64,000 nucleotides of DNA, taken from NCBI GenBank assembly GCA_965240325.2, contig OZ251239.1, forward strand, positions 558,001 through 622,000. The letters are read 5' to 3'. This document shows, in pieces, positions 11,903-24,041 of the stretch (within the stretch, counting starts at the first letter, position 1; every line of letters begins with the position of its first letter). Under the pieces are notes generated by a model, which worked only from the letters and a program-made list of their open reading frames with translations, was not told where the DNA came from and searched no databases. The DNA comes from Rebecca billardiae RCC1528. Lineage: Eukaryota; Protista; Haptophyta. The translations under genes were made by a program, and so were the position numbers.

Positions 11903-12685
11903 ATGGCCAGCGCACACAACGTCGAGCAGCCGGTGCGGCGGCGCAAGCGCCCCCCCGGCTCGATCAAGTACGAGCCGTCGGAAGAGGAGCTCGCGGACGA
12001 GAAGTTCCTCAACCACGTCGACGTCGGCGAGCACGAGGCCGCCATCGCCATGCTCAAGAAGGGGCAGCAAGTCAACGTCGCGTCCGAGCGAGGCGAGACG
12101 CCCGTGCACAAGGCGGTGCGGCGCGGCGACACCGAGTTCGTCGCGCAGCTCCTCGCCGCCGGCGCGGTGTGCGACTACGCCGACGTGGACGGCATCACGC
12201 CCGTCGTGATCGCCGTGCAGTACGGCTTCAACGAGATCGTGCAGCAGCTGATCAAGAAAGGCGCGAGCCTGACCGCCAAGACGGTTGACGGCTCGACGCT
12301 GCTGCACAGCGCGGTGTACGGCGCGCACGAGCCGACGGTGGCGCTGCTGCTGAAGGAGCGGGCGATCCTCGACCTGCTGGAGGAGAAGGACGCCAACGGC
12401 CGCACCGCGCTGCAGGTCGCGTCGTACCGCGCGCCCACCTCCGTGTGCGAGCTGCTGGTCCAGGCGGGCGCGGACACGCACGCGACGGACAAGCGCGGCA
12501 ACACGCCCGCCACGCTCGCTGCCGCCGGCGGCCGGCGCAACTCGAAGGAGTTCTTCGACAAGGTCGACATCGAGAAGGCGGCGGCGATGCACGAGGCGGC
12601 GCAGAAGCAGAAAATGGTCGGGCGCCGGCTCTCGGGTGCGGCCAAGTACTACAGCCAGCATGGCGTGCACGAGCCCTCCCACTGA
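11903..12685 (+). CDS. Ankyrin-repeat protein
   Basis: Consecutive ankyrin motifs GETPVHKAV, GITPVVIAV, GSTLLHSAV, GRTALQVAS, GNTPATLAA. Confidence 0.85.
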   Translation: MASAHNVEQPVRRRKRPPGSIKYEPSEEELADEKFLNHVDVGEHEAAIAMLKKGQQVNVASERGETPVHKAVRRGDTEFVAQLLAAGAVCDYADVDGITPVVIAVQYGFNEIVQQLIKKGASLTAKTVDGSTLLHSAVYGAHEPTVALLLKERAILDLLEEKDANGRTALQVASYRAPTSVCELLVQAGADTHATDKRGNTPATLAAAGGRRNSKEFFDKVDIEKAAAMHEAAQKQKMVGRRLSGAAKYYSQHGVHEPSH

Positions 12686-12695
12686 GGAGCCGTTC

Positions 12696-13200
12696 TGAGG
12701 CGCTCGCGGGCGCGCGCGGCGCCGTGCACGTGAGCGCGGGCTGGTCGCGCAGCCTGGTGGTGGACGCAGCGGGCGGCGTGCGCTCATTCGGAGAAGCACC
12801 TGTTGGTTGCCCAAACCACCCGATGGCGGCGGGCGTGCGCGCCGTGCGCGCCTGCGCAGGCCTTTGCGCCTGGTGTGGTGGTGGGCATGGACGGCAGCGT
12901 GCACGTGTGGGGCGACCCGGTTCGCCTTGCGTGCCTCAACCACCGCCTTCGGCCGTGGCGGTGGGAGGGCCTCGAGGCCATGGTGCCCGCGCGCGTGAGA
13001 CAGGAGTGCGTGTCGGCCTGCGCGCTCGGCGGGGATGCCCGAGCGCGCTGCTCGTCGGATGGCGGACGGCAGCGTGCGCTCGTGCGGCACGCAGAGAGCT
13101 GCGCTCGTCCTCGGCGTGAGTCACGATCCCACCCCGGGGCAGCCAGTTGGGGCCAAGGTGGCGCCCACGCGCATCGCGCAGCTGCCACCGCTGCAGCGTC
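12696..13200 (+). pseudogene. Frameshifted RCC1-repeat fragment (paralogous to the C-terminal part of 25299-26843)
   Basis: EALAGARGAVHVSAGWSRSLVVDAAGGVRSFG in one frame continues as VVVGMDGSVHVWG...VSACALGG in another. No start codon or intact frame. Confidence 0.55.
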
Positions 13201-13587
13201 GGCACTTCGAAGCACCTCTCGACTGGCCCGCTGGCGGCTGGGCCTCACGCCCTCATCGGGGCGGGATCTTCGTCTCGTCTTCGTCTGACGTCTGATCGAT
13301 TCCTTTTTAAATTCCCCTTTATATCCTCTTATTACTGTTGCCTGAGCTGTGTGCGTCTCTTATTCTTAGTAAACTGTATTCATCATTCGGTTGGATCCCG
13401 CGCGTACTTCATCGTACAAAGGTACCCGCAAATATCAATCGGAATCGCTCGCGCGGTTACACCTCGGCTCGTATTCACTGCGCCTGGACGTACGTAACAA
13501 GAAGTGGCGGCCTCGGCCTGTGGGGTGGCACGCTGCCTGCCCCTCACCGCCGCTGGCGCTCGGCTGAGCGCTGCCGGTTGATCCGGC

Positions 13588-16068
13588 ATGTTCGACGACG
13601 AGGACTGGGTGTACACCCCCGGCGCGTACATCGCGTACCCCCAGTACGACTACAAGCCCACAGAGCGCCGCGAGGACTTTGCGTTCCAGTCGCAGCTGGG
13701 GTACAAGCGGCGCTCGGCCGCGACCGCGCGCCGCTCCAACCACGGGCGGGTGGGTTGGAACTCGAGCCTGAAGGCGCCATACCGGCCGCTCGGCACGCCC
13801 CGCTTCGACATCACCGCCCGCCCCAAGCCGCCCGTCGAGGACGCGCGCCTTCAGATCAAGCACCCGTCGCGAGGCAAGCAGCGCGACGCGGGCGAGCGCG
13901 AGTCTGACGCGCACAAGAACCTCGAGCCCGGGAAGGAGGTGATGGGCAAGGTGAGCCAGTTCAAGTTCCAGGTGCGCGTCGCGTCAGCGCGCCGCGCCCG
14001 TGGCGCGACGCTCGCCGCGCGCACCACGACGAGTCGGCGCGCGCGCCTCACGCGCGCGCTCGCTGCGCCGTGCGCGCCCGTTGCGCGCCCTACGCCGCGT
14101 GCCGCGGCGGCGATGGCGATGGCGATGGCGATGGCAGTACTACATGATCTACGTGCCGTCCGGGCGGATCCTCACCGTGCAGCTCACCGCGCTCACGGGC
14201 GACCCTGACATGTTCATCGACAACACCAACCAGTACCCCACGGGCAAAGAATCTCTGTGGAAGTCGGCAGAGGTGCGCCGCGGCGCGGCGGCGCCGGAGG
14301 CAGCGGCGGTGGCGGCGGCGCAGCGCGGCGGCGTGCTGCCTCGGCGCGGCGGGCGCGCGGGTGCGAGGTGTCGCGCGCTCACGCACACGCCACGCCCGCG
14401 CGCGCGCGCAGGTCGGCGAGGACAAGGTCACCATCACACCCGACGCGCCGGGCGCGCGGCCCGGTATGTATTACATAGGCGTATACGGTCCCAAGGACAG
14501 CCGCTTCTCCATACTGGCGAGCCTGACCACGCCCGCGCGCAAGATGCCCGTGGTGCAGGAGCCGACGCTGAACGGGTACGGGCTGATCCGGCAGGAGCTG
14601 GAGCGCGCGCAGGCGCGCAAGCTCGCCGCCAAGCAGGGCAACCCGCTCGAGTGGGACCTGCCACACTTCGCACAGGCCGCCGCGATGAGGCCAGCTTCAC
14701 TCGGCAGCGCCGGCCTCGCGGCCGCGCGCGAGGCGGTGGGCGCGGCGGACGGCGAGGGTCGCGGCGGCGAGGGCGGCGGCGAGGGCGGCGAGGGCGTGGA
14801 TCCACGGCCGGGCAGCAAGGCGTCCACGCGGGGCGAGGGCGGCGAGGGCAGCGTGGGAAGCCGCCCGAGCACAGTCGACGCGCGCGCCGTGCTCGCCGCA
14901 GCCGCCGCCGCTGCCGAGGGGGGCGACGCGCGCGGCGCAGCCCTCGGCGCAGCCAGTCCGTTCGCGCGCCGCCGAAGCTCGGCGCGCGACGGGGACTCGA
15001 TGCAGCGGCGCAGCCCGCCCTCGGCGCCGCTGCGCGTGCTGCCGGTGCCCGCGCTCTCGGACGTGGCGCTCGCGGCCGAGCGCGCCGCCATCGGCCAGGT
15101 CGAGCGCACGCTGCTGCGCTCGCGGCAGGCGGCCATCATCGGCGCGTCGCGGCCCAAAACGACTGGTCTGACCGGCGGCGTCGGCCGCGGCGGCGGCGGC
15201 CCGGCCGCGGGCTCGTTTGGGCGCGGGCGCGCGGTGACGGCGAACAACTCGCCGACGGGGGAGGACGTGCGCAAGATCGCGCCCGCGCGCTTCTACGCGA
15301 GGTCCGTCTCGCCCGGCGGCACGCACTACGGGCCTGGCGGCGGCGCGGGCGGAGATGGCGGCGCGGGCTCGGCGCCGCCGACGGCGGACGGCAACGATGC
15401 GCGCACGCGCGCCGGCGCCGCGCTCGCGCGCGCGCGCTCGAGCGGCAGCGGCGCGGGCGGCGGCGGCGCGGACAAGGCGCACTCGCCGCGCGAGGAGGTG
15501 CCACTGGAGCACAGGCTGGTGCGCGCGCGCTCGCGGCGCGCCCGCCCGCGCCGCGCTCCCACCCTCGCTCCCACCGCCGCCGCCGCGCCCTCGGCTGAGC
15601 GCCGCGCCGCCGCCGCCCGCCGCGCCGCTCCGCACGCCCGCCCTGCACGGCGCCGCGCCGCGCCGCGCCGCGCAGGCGAGCCAGCGCTCCGAGTACGCGC
15701 GGCTGAAGGCGGAGTACAACCGCAAGCTCGTGCACTCGCTCGAGCGCATGGAGGCGGAGCGCGCGCTCAACCACCGCCTCCGGCAGGGCGCCTTTTCGCG
15801 CGTCGACCCGACTGCACACGGCCTGCAAGGGGACGTGATCCTTCGAATGATGCGCACCGACGCGTACGCGCTCAAGCTCGAGCTCGAGCGGGTGCGCAAG
15901 GAGCGCGCGCACGAGATGGGCGAGGCGACGACGTGGGACGAGAAGCTCGGCCGCGGCGCGCTCGCGCGCAGCCGACTCGACGCCATCGCCAAGATCGGGC
16001 AGGGCACGTCGCTCGTCCAGTCGGCCGTGAACAAGTCGCGCCGCGGCAGCGCCGTCGCGGCGCCGTGA
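13588..16068 (+). CDS. Protein with a PPC (pre-peptidase C-terminal)-like beta-sandwich domain and long low-complexity region; 4 exons (introns 13972-14137, 14273-14411, 15519-15675)
   Basis: Splicing gives GKVSQFKFQ-YYMIYVP..LTVQLTALTGDPDMFI..YPT..WKSAE-VGEDKVTI..GMYYIGVYG..FSILA, a typical PPC-like pattern. All three introns are GT..CAG and keep frame. Confidence 0.65.
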
Positions 16069-16913
16069 CGAGTGTTCCGAGTTTGTGAGCCACGGGGTGT
16101 GGCATATGGCCGTCGGCCCGGGCGCCCGCGGCGCAGCCGCCGCGGCCTCTGGCCCTCGCTGATCGTCGCTGACGCGAGCAGGCTAACTACGCTGTGAGCG
16201 GCCGGTGATTGATGCCAGTCTCACTAGTCACTGACACTGTCATTAGTGTCAAGCATCACTCAGTGTCAGTGACTTACAGGAATTGGTCTATACAGAGTGC
16301 ATGGTTGTCCGGTGCTGTGAATGATTAGCTTATAGAGTCCGGCGGAATCTACAACTTGTGGTCTGATTCTAAACAGGAGATCTCATTAAGAGGCGCGCGG
16401 TGATATCTCCGTGTCGAGCAGTTACTTTCGCTTCATGATCAGCCAGAAATGTTTCGTGCGCCAGTCTCCTCTGGATATGAGTGGATAACCGCGTCGGTAG
16501 CCGCGTCGATATTCAAAGGCTCATTTAGCTCGCGCGATCAGGACCGCGTCAAATGTTTAAGGCTCATTAAGTTATCTCCAAAACGGCGGGGCGCCAATGG
16601 CGTGGCTTCCCGCGACGATAGATATTGACTGAATCCTGCTGCTATTTTCTGCTATTTCGCAGGGCCTTCGGGGTAGTGTCGGCGACTTCGGAAGCCGAAG
16701 GCGAATCGGCAGAAGTGCACCAATGGGAATCTTGACGTTCCGCCACCCTTACATGAATAAACATCAGGCGGTGGTCAGGGCGGTTCTCGGAGACCTCCAT
16801 CTGGGGTGCACTTACCCAAGCGAGATTGGACCTCGTCACCAGGGAACGCGCATCTTGCGGAACCGTCTCAAAGAGCGACGGTGCTGCGCACGCACCCACA
16901 CAACACCCCAGGC

Positions 16914-18926
16914 ATGGGCGACGCCCTGCACGCGGGCGAGGCGAGCCTGCCCATAAGCGATGTGCTACGCCACATCTGCCACGACCTGCGCTCGCCGCTC
17001 ATCGCTGCGCTCAGCTCGCTCCGATCCTTTGCGGACGTCGACCAGAACGCGCCGCTCTCGTCGGCGCAGGTGCAGTCGCGCATCGCGACGGCGCTGGCTG
17101 CGGCGGAGCTGATGGAGGGGGTCGTGAACAACATGATCGACTTCGAGGCTCTCCAGTCGGGCCGCACCGCCGTCCACTACGGCTGCCTCCGCCCGTCGCA
17201 GGTGATGGGCGGTGTCGGCGAGGCATTTGCGACGCTCGCGCTGAGCAAAGGCGTCGCCCTGGACGTGGCGCCGCCGCCGGCGGAGCTGGAGTCGACGGTG
17301 CGATCGGCCGACCTCCGCCTGCTGCGCACCTGCCTGCACACCGGCATCGCCAACGCCCTCGCCTTCACGCCCGAGGGCGGGCGCGTGCGCGTGAGCATGC
17401 GCCCGAGCGCCGACGACCCGGAGACGTTCCTGGTGTGCGTCGAGGACACGGGCGTGGGCGTGGGCGCGGCACTGCTGGAGCAGCTGCGGCAGGGCGGCGC
17501 CTTCAGCCACCTCACGCCGGGCCAGCTCGGTGGGCACGGCGGCGCCGGCCTCGGCATCGCCATCGCGCGCCGCCTCCTGAGCATGCACCGCGGCTCATCG
17601 CTCGCGCTCCACTCGGATGGCGAAGGCCACGGCTTTGAGTTCACCATGGCGGTGCGCGCGCCGCTCGTGTACAGCGGCGCGCCGGCGGCGCCGCCGGCCG
17701 CCCCGGCCTCCGAGCGCCTCGCCGCGAAGCGCTCGTTCTCGCTGGGCGCCGAGCCGGCCGGCGCGCCCGCGCTCGGCCTGCGCGTGCCCGCGGCCGAGGC
17801 CGAGCTGCCCGCCGGCGCGACGGGCGCGGCGGCAGACGAGGCGATCGCCGACGGCCTGCACGTGCTGCACGTGGACGACGACCCGCTGATGCTCCTCACG
17901 ATGCCCGCCACCGTCTTCGACCCGCTCGGCTGCTTCTGCGAGCAGGCCGAGTGCGGCGCGGACGCGCTCGCGCTCGTCGCCGCGCGCCAAGCGCCGTACG
18001 ACGTCATCGTTCTCGATAACCAGATGCCGGGCATGACCGGCGCACAGGTGGCGCGGGTGCTGCGCGCTCGCGGGTGTGAGAGCCTGCTCGTCGGGCTCAC
18101 CGCCGACCCGCCCGGCTCCGCCGACCGCGAGGAGTTCGAGGCGTGCCTCGACGTGTGCGCCGACAAGGACACGTTCGGACTCGAGCGACTGCGCTCCGTG
18201 CTGCGCGCGCGGCGCGCGGCCGGCGCGCGCCAGCCCGCGGCGGTTGCGGAGGCGCCGGCGGTTGCCGAGGCGCCGCCGGCGGCGGCGGAGCCGCCGGCCT
18301 CGGAGCCGAGCGAAGCGCAGCCCGGCCTGACGCCCTGGTCCTTCGGCCATGGCCTCATCCCGGACGACGCGGAACTCGACCTCTGCGCCGAGCTGCCGCC
18401 GGCCGGCGCGCCGCCGCTGGCCACCTCCGTCTCGATCTCCGACTCGAGCGTGTCGTCGCCGTCGCACACGCCGCAGCAGCGGCTGAGCCGGCTCGCCGGG
18501 CTGCGCATGCGCCTGGCCGGCCACGCCGGCGTGCGCGGCTCGAAGCCCACGTCCGGCTCGCGCCCCGGCTCGAAGGGCGAGAGCGAGCGGCACCAGCAGC
18601 AGCCGCCGCCCCGGTGGAATGAGCGATTCGAGCCGCCCAGCTGGCGCGCGCACGGCTCACGGCCGCAGTCTCCGCTCGGCAGCGCAGGCAAGTCGCCGCT
18701 CGGCAGCGTAGGCAAGGGCGTGCTGCCGCAGGGCACCCCTGCCTTCGCGAGCCACACGCTTGCTCCGGTGCCCAAGCTCACGGGCAAGCCCGCGGGCACG
18801 TCGCCGCCGCCGCGCAACAAATGGCCGACTGCCAAGCTGGCACCACTCGGCCCGCCGCAGGCGCCGTCGCACCTCTTTCCGCGTCGACCCGGCGCCAGCC
18901 TCGTCAGCACGCCAAACCCGCGGTAA
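16914..18926 (+). CDS. Hybrid sensor histidine kinase (HisKA + HATPase_c + receiver) with Pro-rich tail
   Basis: H-box CHDLRSPL, N-box GIANALAFT, G1 VEDTGVG, G2 GGAGLGIAIA; receiver LHVDDD, VLDNQMPGMTG, GLTAD. Confidence 0.88.
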   Translation: MGDALHAGEASLPISDVLRHICHDLRSPLIAALSSLRSFADVDQNAPLSSAQVQSRIATALAAAELMEGVVNNMIDFEALQSGRTAVHYGCLRPSQVMGGVGEAFATLALSKGVALDVAPPPAELESTVRSADLRLLRTCLHTGIANALAFTPEGGRVRVSMRPSADDPETFLVCVEDTGVGVGAALLEQLRQGGAFSHLTPGQLGGHGGAGLGIAIARRLLSMHRGSSLALHSDGEGHGFEFTMAVRAPLVYSGAPAAPPAAPASERLAAKRSFSLGAEPAGAPALGLRVPAAEAELPAGATGAAADEAIADGLHVLHVDDDPLMLLTMPATVFDPLGCFCEQAECGADALALVAARQAPYDVIVLDNQMPGMTGAQVARVLRARGCESLLVGLTADPPGSADREEFEACLDVCADKDTFGLERLRSVLRARRAAGARQPAAVAEAPAVAEAPPAAAEPPASEPSEAQPGLTPWSFGHGLIPDDAELDLCAELPPAGAPPLATSVSISDSSVSSPSHTPQQRLSRLAGLRMRLAGHAGVRGSKPTSGSRPGSKGESERHQQQPPPRWNERFEPPSWRAHGSRPQSPLGSAGKSPLGSVGKGVLPQGTPAFASHTLAPVPKLTGKPAGTSPPPRNKWPTAKLAPLGPPQAPSHLFPRRPGASLVSTPNPR

Positions 18927-19133
18927 CACTCACTCCCGGTCTGTCGTCCGAAGGTCATTATTACGGAGGCTCGACTGTCGCGTCGACGACACTTCTGAGT
19001 CCGAGCACACTCTCGTGGACGTGTAGCCAACTCGGTTGCCGATTGACTAAGAGCGTCTTACTCTTGAGGACCGAGTAGGAAGCTAGGAGCACGGTGATTG
19101 GCACTGCTGACGGCTCCGATTGTGAGCTTACTA

Positions 19134-21721
19134 CAGGCAATCGCGGGCAATACAGTACAGGCTGGTCTCACCAAGAACTTCCCGAGCGCTGCCGACGTGT
19201 CCGCGTTCGCGGCGGGCGAGCACGGGGAATCGGCTGAGTACGATCGCTCGCATCGTGGGTCTAGTCCCCGACAAAATTGTCCGCGGAGCCGCGCGCGTCG
19301 CTCACCTCGTGCCCGGCGCTCCGCCGCGGAGGCGCCGTCACAGTGGTTTTCACAGTGGGCCGAGCAGTCTGAAGTGGCGCTGAACTGAGGTTTCGTCGGG
19401 GTTTCCGCAGTCCGGCGGGCTTCTGCCGCTTCGGACGCCCAGGCGGCATCCATCACCACGAGGTCGGCCACGCGCGGACCTGGCCCGCGCGGAGGCGGAG
19501 CATGGCGCACTGCTTGATGACTGCGCCCGCGCGAGCCGTTCCATGATCGCTGTGGTTACAGCCAAAGCCCCTGCCTCTGTTGGTGGGACCTCGCCAGATG
19601 CACTTGTCACTTGCGCGCCGCTCGAACGGCTCCGAACGAACACGACGAGCACATTGCACTTCGTCGCAGTTGGCTCACTCGCAGCAGGTATTCGAATCTG
19701 TCGCAGTGGAAGCGGGGGGTGCGAGAGCCTACGTACGTCTGTCAAGGGCAGCCGCACGCTTCAACATTGCGAAGGAGTTCCGCCCTGAACAGTGCGGCGG
19801 CAAGGCGGGTTGAGTGTGCTCCAAGCAACATCGTCTGGCACTGATACAGGTGGGGAGGCGCAGGAAGGACGTTGCAACGAGCGCGATGAGGCCCACATAC
19901 CTCGACAGCATGGGAGAGACGCGCTGTGGGACATGAAGACACCTGTCACTCATGCCAGGTCCCACGTTGACCCGCAACGCTCGGCGGCTTCTGCGGGCGA
20001 GAACAACGACGCAATGTTTCAGTGCTACAGCGAGGGTGGGGATGAGGAGAGGGGCTTGGGGTACGGGCAACCGTGTGAACAACACCACTAGGGGTCGCAC
20101 GGACCGAGATCGCGCGCCGTTCATTTTTTGCAGGGGGGTGGGGGTTTGAATCTCGACAACGGCGAGGCGGACAGAGGCGTGCGACCCCTCGTCGGAGAGC
20201 TCTCGATGCGGCCGATTTAATGGCGCCATCGAGAATTTTCCGCAGACGCAGTGGGACTGAAAAAAAAATCCAAAGCCTCGGGAAGTTCTTGGTGAGACCA
20301 GCCTGTAAGAAGTCAGAGATCTCACGGCTAGCCTCGGTTTCTTAGCCGTTCGGTAGCCCGAGCGCCTACGGAGTCTCAGTTTCTTAGCTAGGTCCGCCCG
20401 CCGCGCAGGCGCCCGGGGGGCGCAGGGGGGCAGAGCCGGCCTGTTTTAATTCTACGAGAGCCCAACGGCGACATCAGCCAAAACGCGGTGAATTTAATGG
20501 CGGCTTGGCAGCCGGCCGGGGCGGGTGCAGCGGTAGTGCAGAGTAGTGGCGGCCCCGCGGCACGTCGTTGGCGCATCCTCGTACTAAGACGCTGAGCTGT
20601 GGCGACAGACGTTGCCCAGACGTGCTGCTTCGACTTGCCGAGGTGCTTAGCCTTGACACAGGGGTTCCTCGCGGCGCACGCGCGCGACCAGCCACTGCAT
20701 GAACTGCAGCGGCGGGCCCGCTGCAAGCTGCAAGCACTCTGCGTTGGCTGCGTCTAGCCCGTGCCATGTGACGACCAAGGCCGGCTGATAGAAAGATAGT
20801 CTGCCATCGAAACCAGCTCTACACGCTCCGCCGCCACTACCTTGTCGGGCTTGGCTTCTGTTGCGTGCGCTCGCATGCGGCCTGCTGCCTGCTTTTGAAC
20901 GTGATCGCGGCAGGTCGGCTGGCCGGATTGTCAAGCCTCCTCGGCGTAGACTACGACACGATGCGTGCTACACGCACCCATGACACGCCGAAAGGCGTAT
21001 GCACGCGTCATCGCGCATCTGGCAGGCTGCAGTCTTGGCCAAATGGATGAGAACAAGCCTGCATCAAGCGCTCGCCGCGCAGGCGCGAGCGCGCGGAGAG
21101 TTCTGGGGCGACCCATGGTGCCTTGTTGGGGGACGCAACTCCTCCTCAACGGCTGCGAGCAGCGACACCGGAGCTAGATCGCTGCACTCAGCACTCCTCG
21201 CTGAGTGCAGCGTGACCCTCGGAGTCGTGCGTCTCGGCTTCCCGCCGGAGCCTTTGCGTCCCCCACCTGCGGGGCGTGACACCGATTCCCACTGGCGGGC
21301 ACGGGTTTGTCGCCGTGACATAGTAAATGGAATCTGGTAGAAATAAAACAGGCCAGCCCGCCCCGCCGAGTCTTTAGGCCCGGCCGGCGAGGCCGACGAA
21401 AGTTTTGGGCGGCCTTTTTGGAGCAAATCTGGCATGATGTTGCATGGATGCTGCGGTGCACTGGCCAGGAGTCAGTCATCAGGAGAAGTCGGGACTTGGC
21501 CTGTACTCGTAGTCGGGCCGCGCGCCGCGTCCCCGACGGGCCGACTGCGCCTCGCCCCTCGGCGGACCACTCGTCAGCCGGGACGACGTAGTCCCGGTTT
21601 CTTAGTGTGACTATGCGTATAGCGAACCAGCCAATCGCTAGCCTCAGTTTCTAGGCCAGATCCGCAGATAGCAAGCCCCAGTTTCTTAACGTGACAGCTC
21701 CTTATTGCCCGCGATTGCCTG
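19134..21721. mobile_element. Non-autonomous Tc1/mariner-type element (outer), 19-bp TIRs, TA target duplication
   Basis: CAGGCAATCGCGGGCAATA (19134-19152) is the exact reverse complement of 21703-21721. TA flanks both sides. Internal motif AG(C/T)C(T/C)C(A/G)GTTTCT(T)A occurs about 5 times. Confidence 0.8.
19158..20305. mobile_element. Non-autonomous Tc1/mariner-type element (inner, nested), 29-bp perfect TIRs, TA target duplication
   Basis: CAGGCTGGTCTCACCAAGAACTTCCCGAG (19158-19186) is the exact reverse complement of 20277-20305. TA at 19156-57 and 20306-07. Confidence 0.88.
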
Positions 21722-21724
21722 TAG

Positions 21725-23456
21725 TTACTGCCCATGCATCATTGACAGGTTGCACAGGAAACTGTCCTTGGTGTTACATTTCTCAGAGACGGCGCCTCTG
21801 AAGGATGGCGCCCGCCCACTCGCCGCTCGTGGGTGGCGCGCGCCTCGCGTGTCGATGCAGCCCCGCATGATGACTAGCTGAATGCGCGTGTCGTCAGGAC
21901 TTGTCCGCGTGCGCTACATCCCTTGAGCTAGCACAGCCGGGACACCCTCGCCGTCGGCAGTGACTGTCATCATCCCAGCACACGTCGCGTGATGAGACGG
22001 CAAAGCCACAGCAGCATCACCCTCTCGACCAGGATCATCAGGCAGCTGGAGACAGTCCTCCCTTCGACGCGTCTCGGAGCGAGCGCACACGCCCGGCTCT
22101 ATCTGCTTCACACCGCCCGCGCCATCCGCCTCGAGCCCGCCAACGCCCGTCACCACGCGCAGTATGGCAAACCGTCATGATCGGACCGAGCTCGTCGACG
22201 AGTGCAGCCTTCGCCAGCAGTGCCGCGCGCGAGCATTCGAGTTCGACAGTAAGTCGTCAGCGACTTGTGGGCCGGCGGGGAGATCCACGCGTGGCATGAT
22301 AGCATGTAGGTCGTCAGCTCCTGCTCGGTGTACGCACGCGCTCTGCATCTGAACACTCGATAGAAGCTTTCGATGATCACCATCGAGCTGTCTACGTGAG
22401 CCTGTGCGACCGTCTGCGCAACACCTCGCGCCTCACCCTTGGTGCTGCGCTCACGCGAGACAAAGAAGGCTATGTAGGGCTCACTGACCATTCGTACAGT
22501 AAGAGCGTCCTTGCCGCAGCGAGTGACAGCTTCCTTCGCCCGCTCCTTAGCACTCGCCCTGCTGTTCTTGGGCGTGAGTGAGGCGTGGTGCCTCGTCAGC
22601 CTGCCGAGCAGTTCTTGTCGATGCGTGTCACAGCGCGGAAGCACGTGTGCGTTCGAGAGGCGTCGTGCGTGGATGCCGTTCTTCATGCTGACGACATAGA
22701 CGGACTGCGTAGCGGCCATCTCCTCATCCAAGAGCCTCGAGCATGCCACGACTCTGACACTTCAGCGCTCCGGCCGGCGCGCATGCACCATCAAGTGCAA
22801 CCGAGCGATTGAGAGGTAGCCGCCGCCAGCTTTTCGACCCTCACCAACACGCGCTGGATGAACATTGCAAGGTTGTCGCATTCTATGAGTGTCGCGTGTC
22901 TCCCCCCGCGACTGTTGCTGCGCAACGTGATGTGCAAGACCAGTCGCGCGCGCGCTCCATCCAATGCATGCACAGCTGATGCATGGACGTGGCCGAGCGC
23001 AAGCACGCACGCGCGAGTCGTAGGCTGCGAACGTCGTGTGCGGCCAGACTGCGATGTGCATGGCACGTATCCACCTTGCATTGCTACCTCTCTTCACACC
23101 GGGCCTGGAACTCTTCCAGGCTGAGACGGCCTGCTCTGCTGCCCTCTGCGACTCAGATGCCACGTGAACGTGCCGCGCGGCTGCGCGATGTCGCGATTGG
23201 AGCTCAAGGGTGGTTGACTTTCGGTACATGCTACTCAAGCAGGAAGAGGCCGATCGAGGCGCGGAGTGGCGCGCTGCACCCGCAACAGCGGGCATCGTGC
23301 AGCGCGCGAGAGCGCGCGCCGCTTCCGAGCGCACGGCGACGGCGCCATGTACCGAAAGACGGGTGGACAGGTCGCGTCCACTGGGAATGTAACATCTGTC
23401 AGTCGCGGGCGGTCATTTTTCCGTGCAACCTGTCCATTGCATGCAGAGCCGCTTAA
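21725..23456. mobile_element. Old, degenerate TIR element with broken coding remnants
   Basis: Imperfect inverted repeats: GACAGGTTGCAC and TGTTACATT (21744-21786) pair with GTGCAACCTGTC and AATGTAACA (23381-23445). TTAA at 23453-56. Interior has only short broken ORFs. Confidence 0.5.
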
Positions 23457-24041
23457 CATCGACAGCGTCAGTCGTAGTATTTTTTAATTAAGAGTCGGCC
23501 AGTTATTATTATTGTAAATGATGAATAACCAACGAATATATATAATCATAATATATATATATATATGTGTTGTCGTATATATATATATTATTAACGACGT
23601 GCGGTATGCAACCGGGGCAGGCCGTCAGAGTCAGACAAGCTGTAGCAGCAGATCGAGCAGCAGAAACAAACACTACCAGGATCAGCGCTCCTCGCCGTCG
23701 TTCTTCCCCCCCCCTTCGACTTCGTACTCGTAGCCGCCCATCATTCCATCGCCGAGCGGAAGCTCGACGCACCGTCTGGCGTCGACGCGCGCGCGCCGCC
23801 GCGGTGGTCGCGGACTCGCGGTGCCACGCGACACGCGTCGTCAGCCGTCGTCTCGAAGTAGTCGTCGCACGCAGCGCCCGGCCGCGGGCGCGTGCCCCCG
23901 GGCGCACGTGCGCCATGCGCGCGCGGGCGATGAGCATCTTATTGGCCTGGCCACGCTGACGCAGGCATCAGCCGCAGCGCATGCCCAGCTCGCGCCGCAT
24001 AATCGATAATGGTGCCGCCGAGCCGAGCGCGGCTCCGGTCA

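Noticed and set aside
16277-16638. Possible small MITE
   Set aside because: Terminal match is only 12/16 and there is no clear target duplication on the right.
16914-18926. Bacterial contamination suggested by the histidine kinase and AI-2E genes
   Set aside because: Both lie among intron-containing eukaryotic genes of similar composition, and the AI-2E gene itself has a spliceosomal intron.
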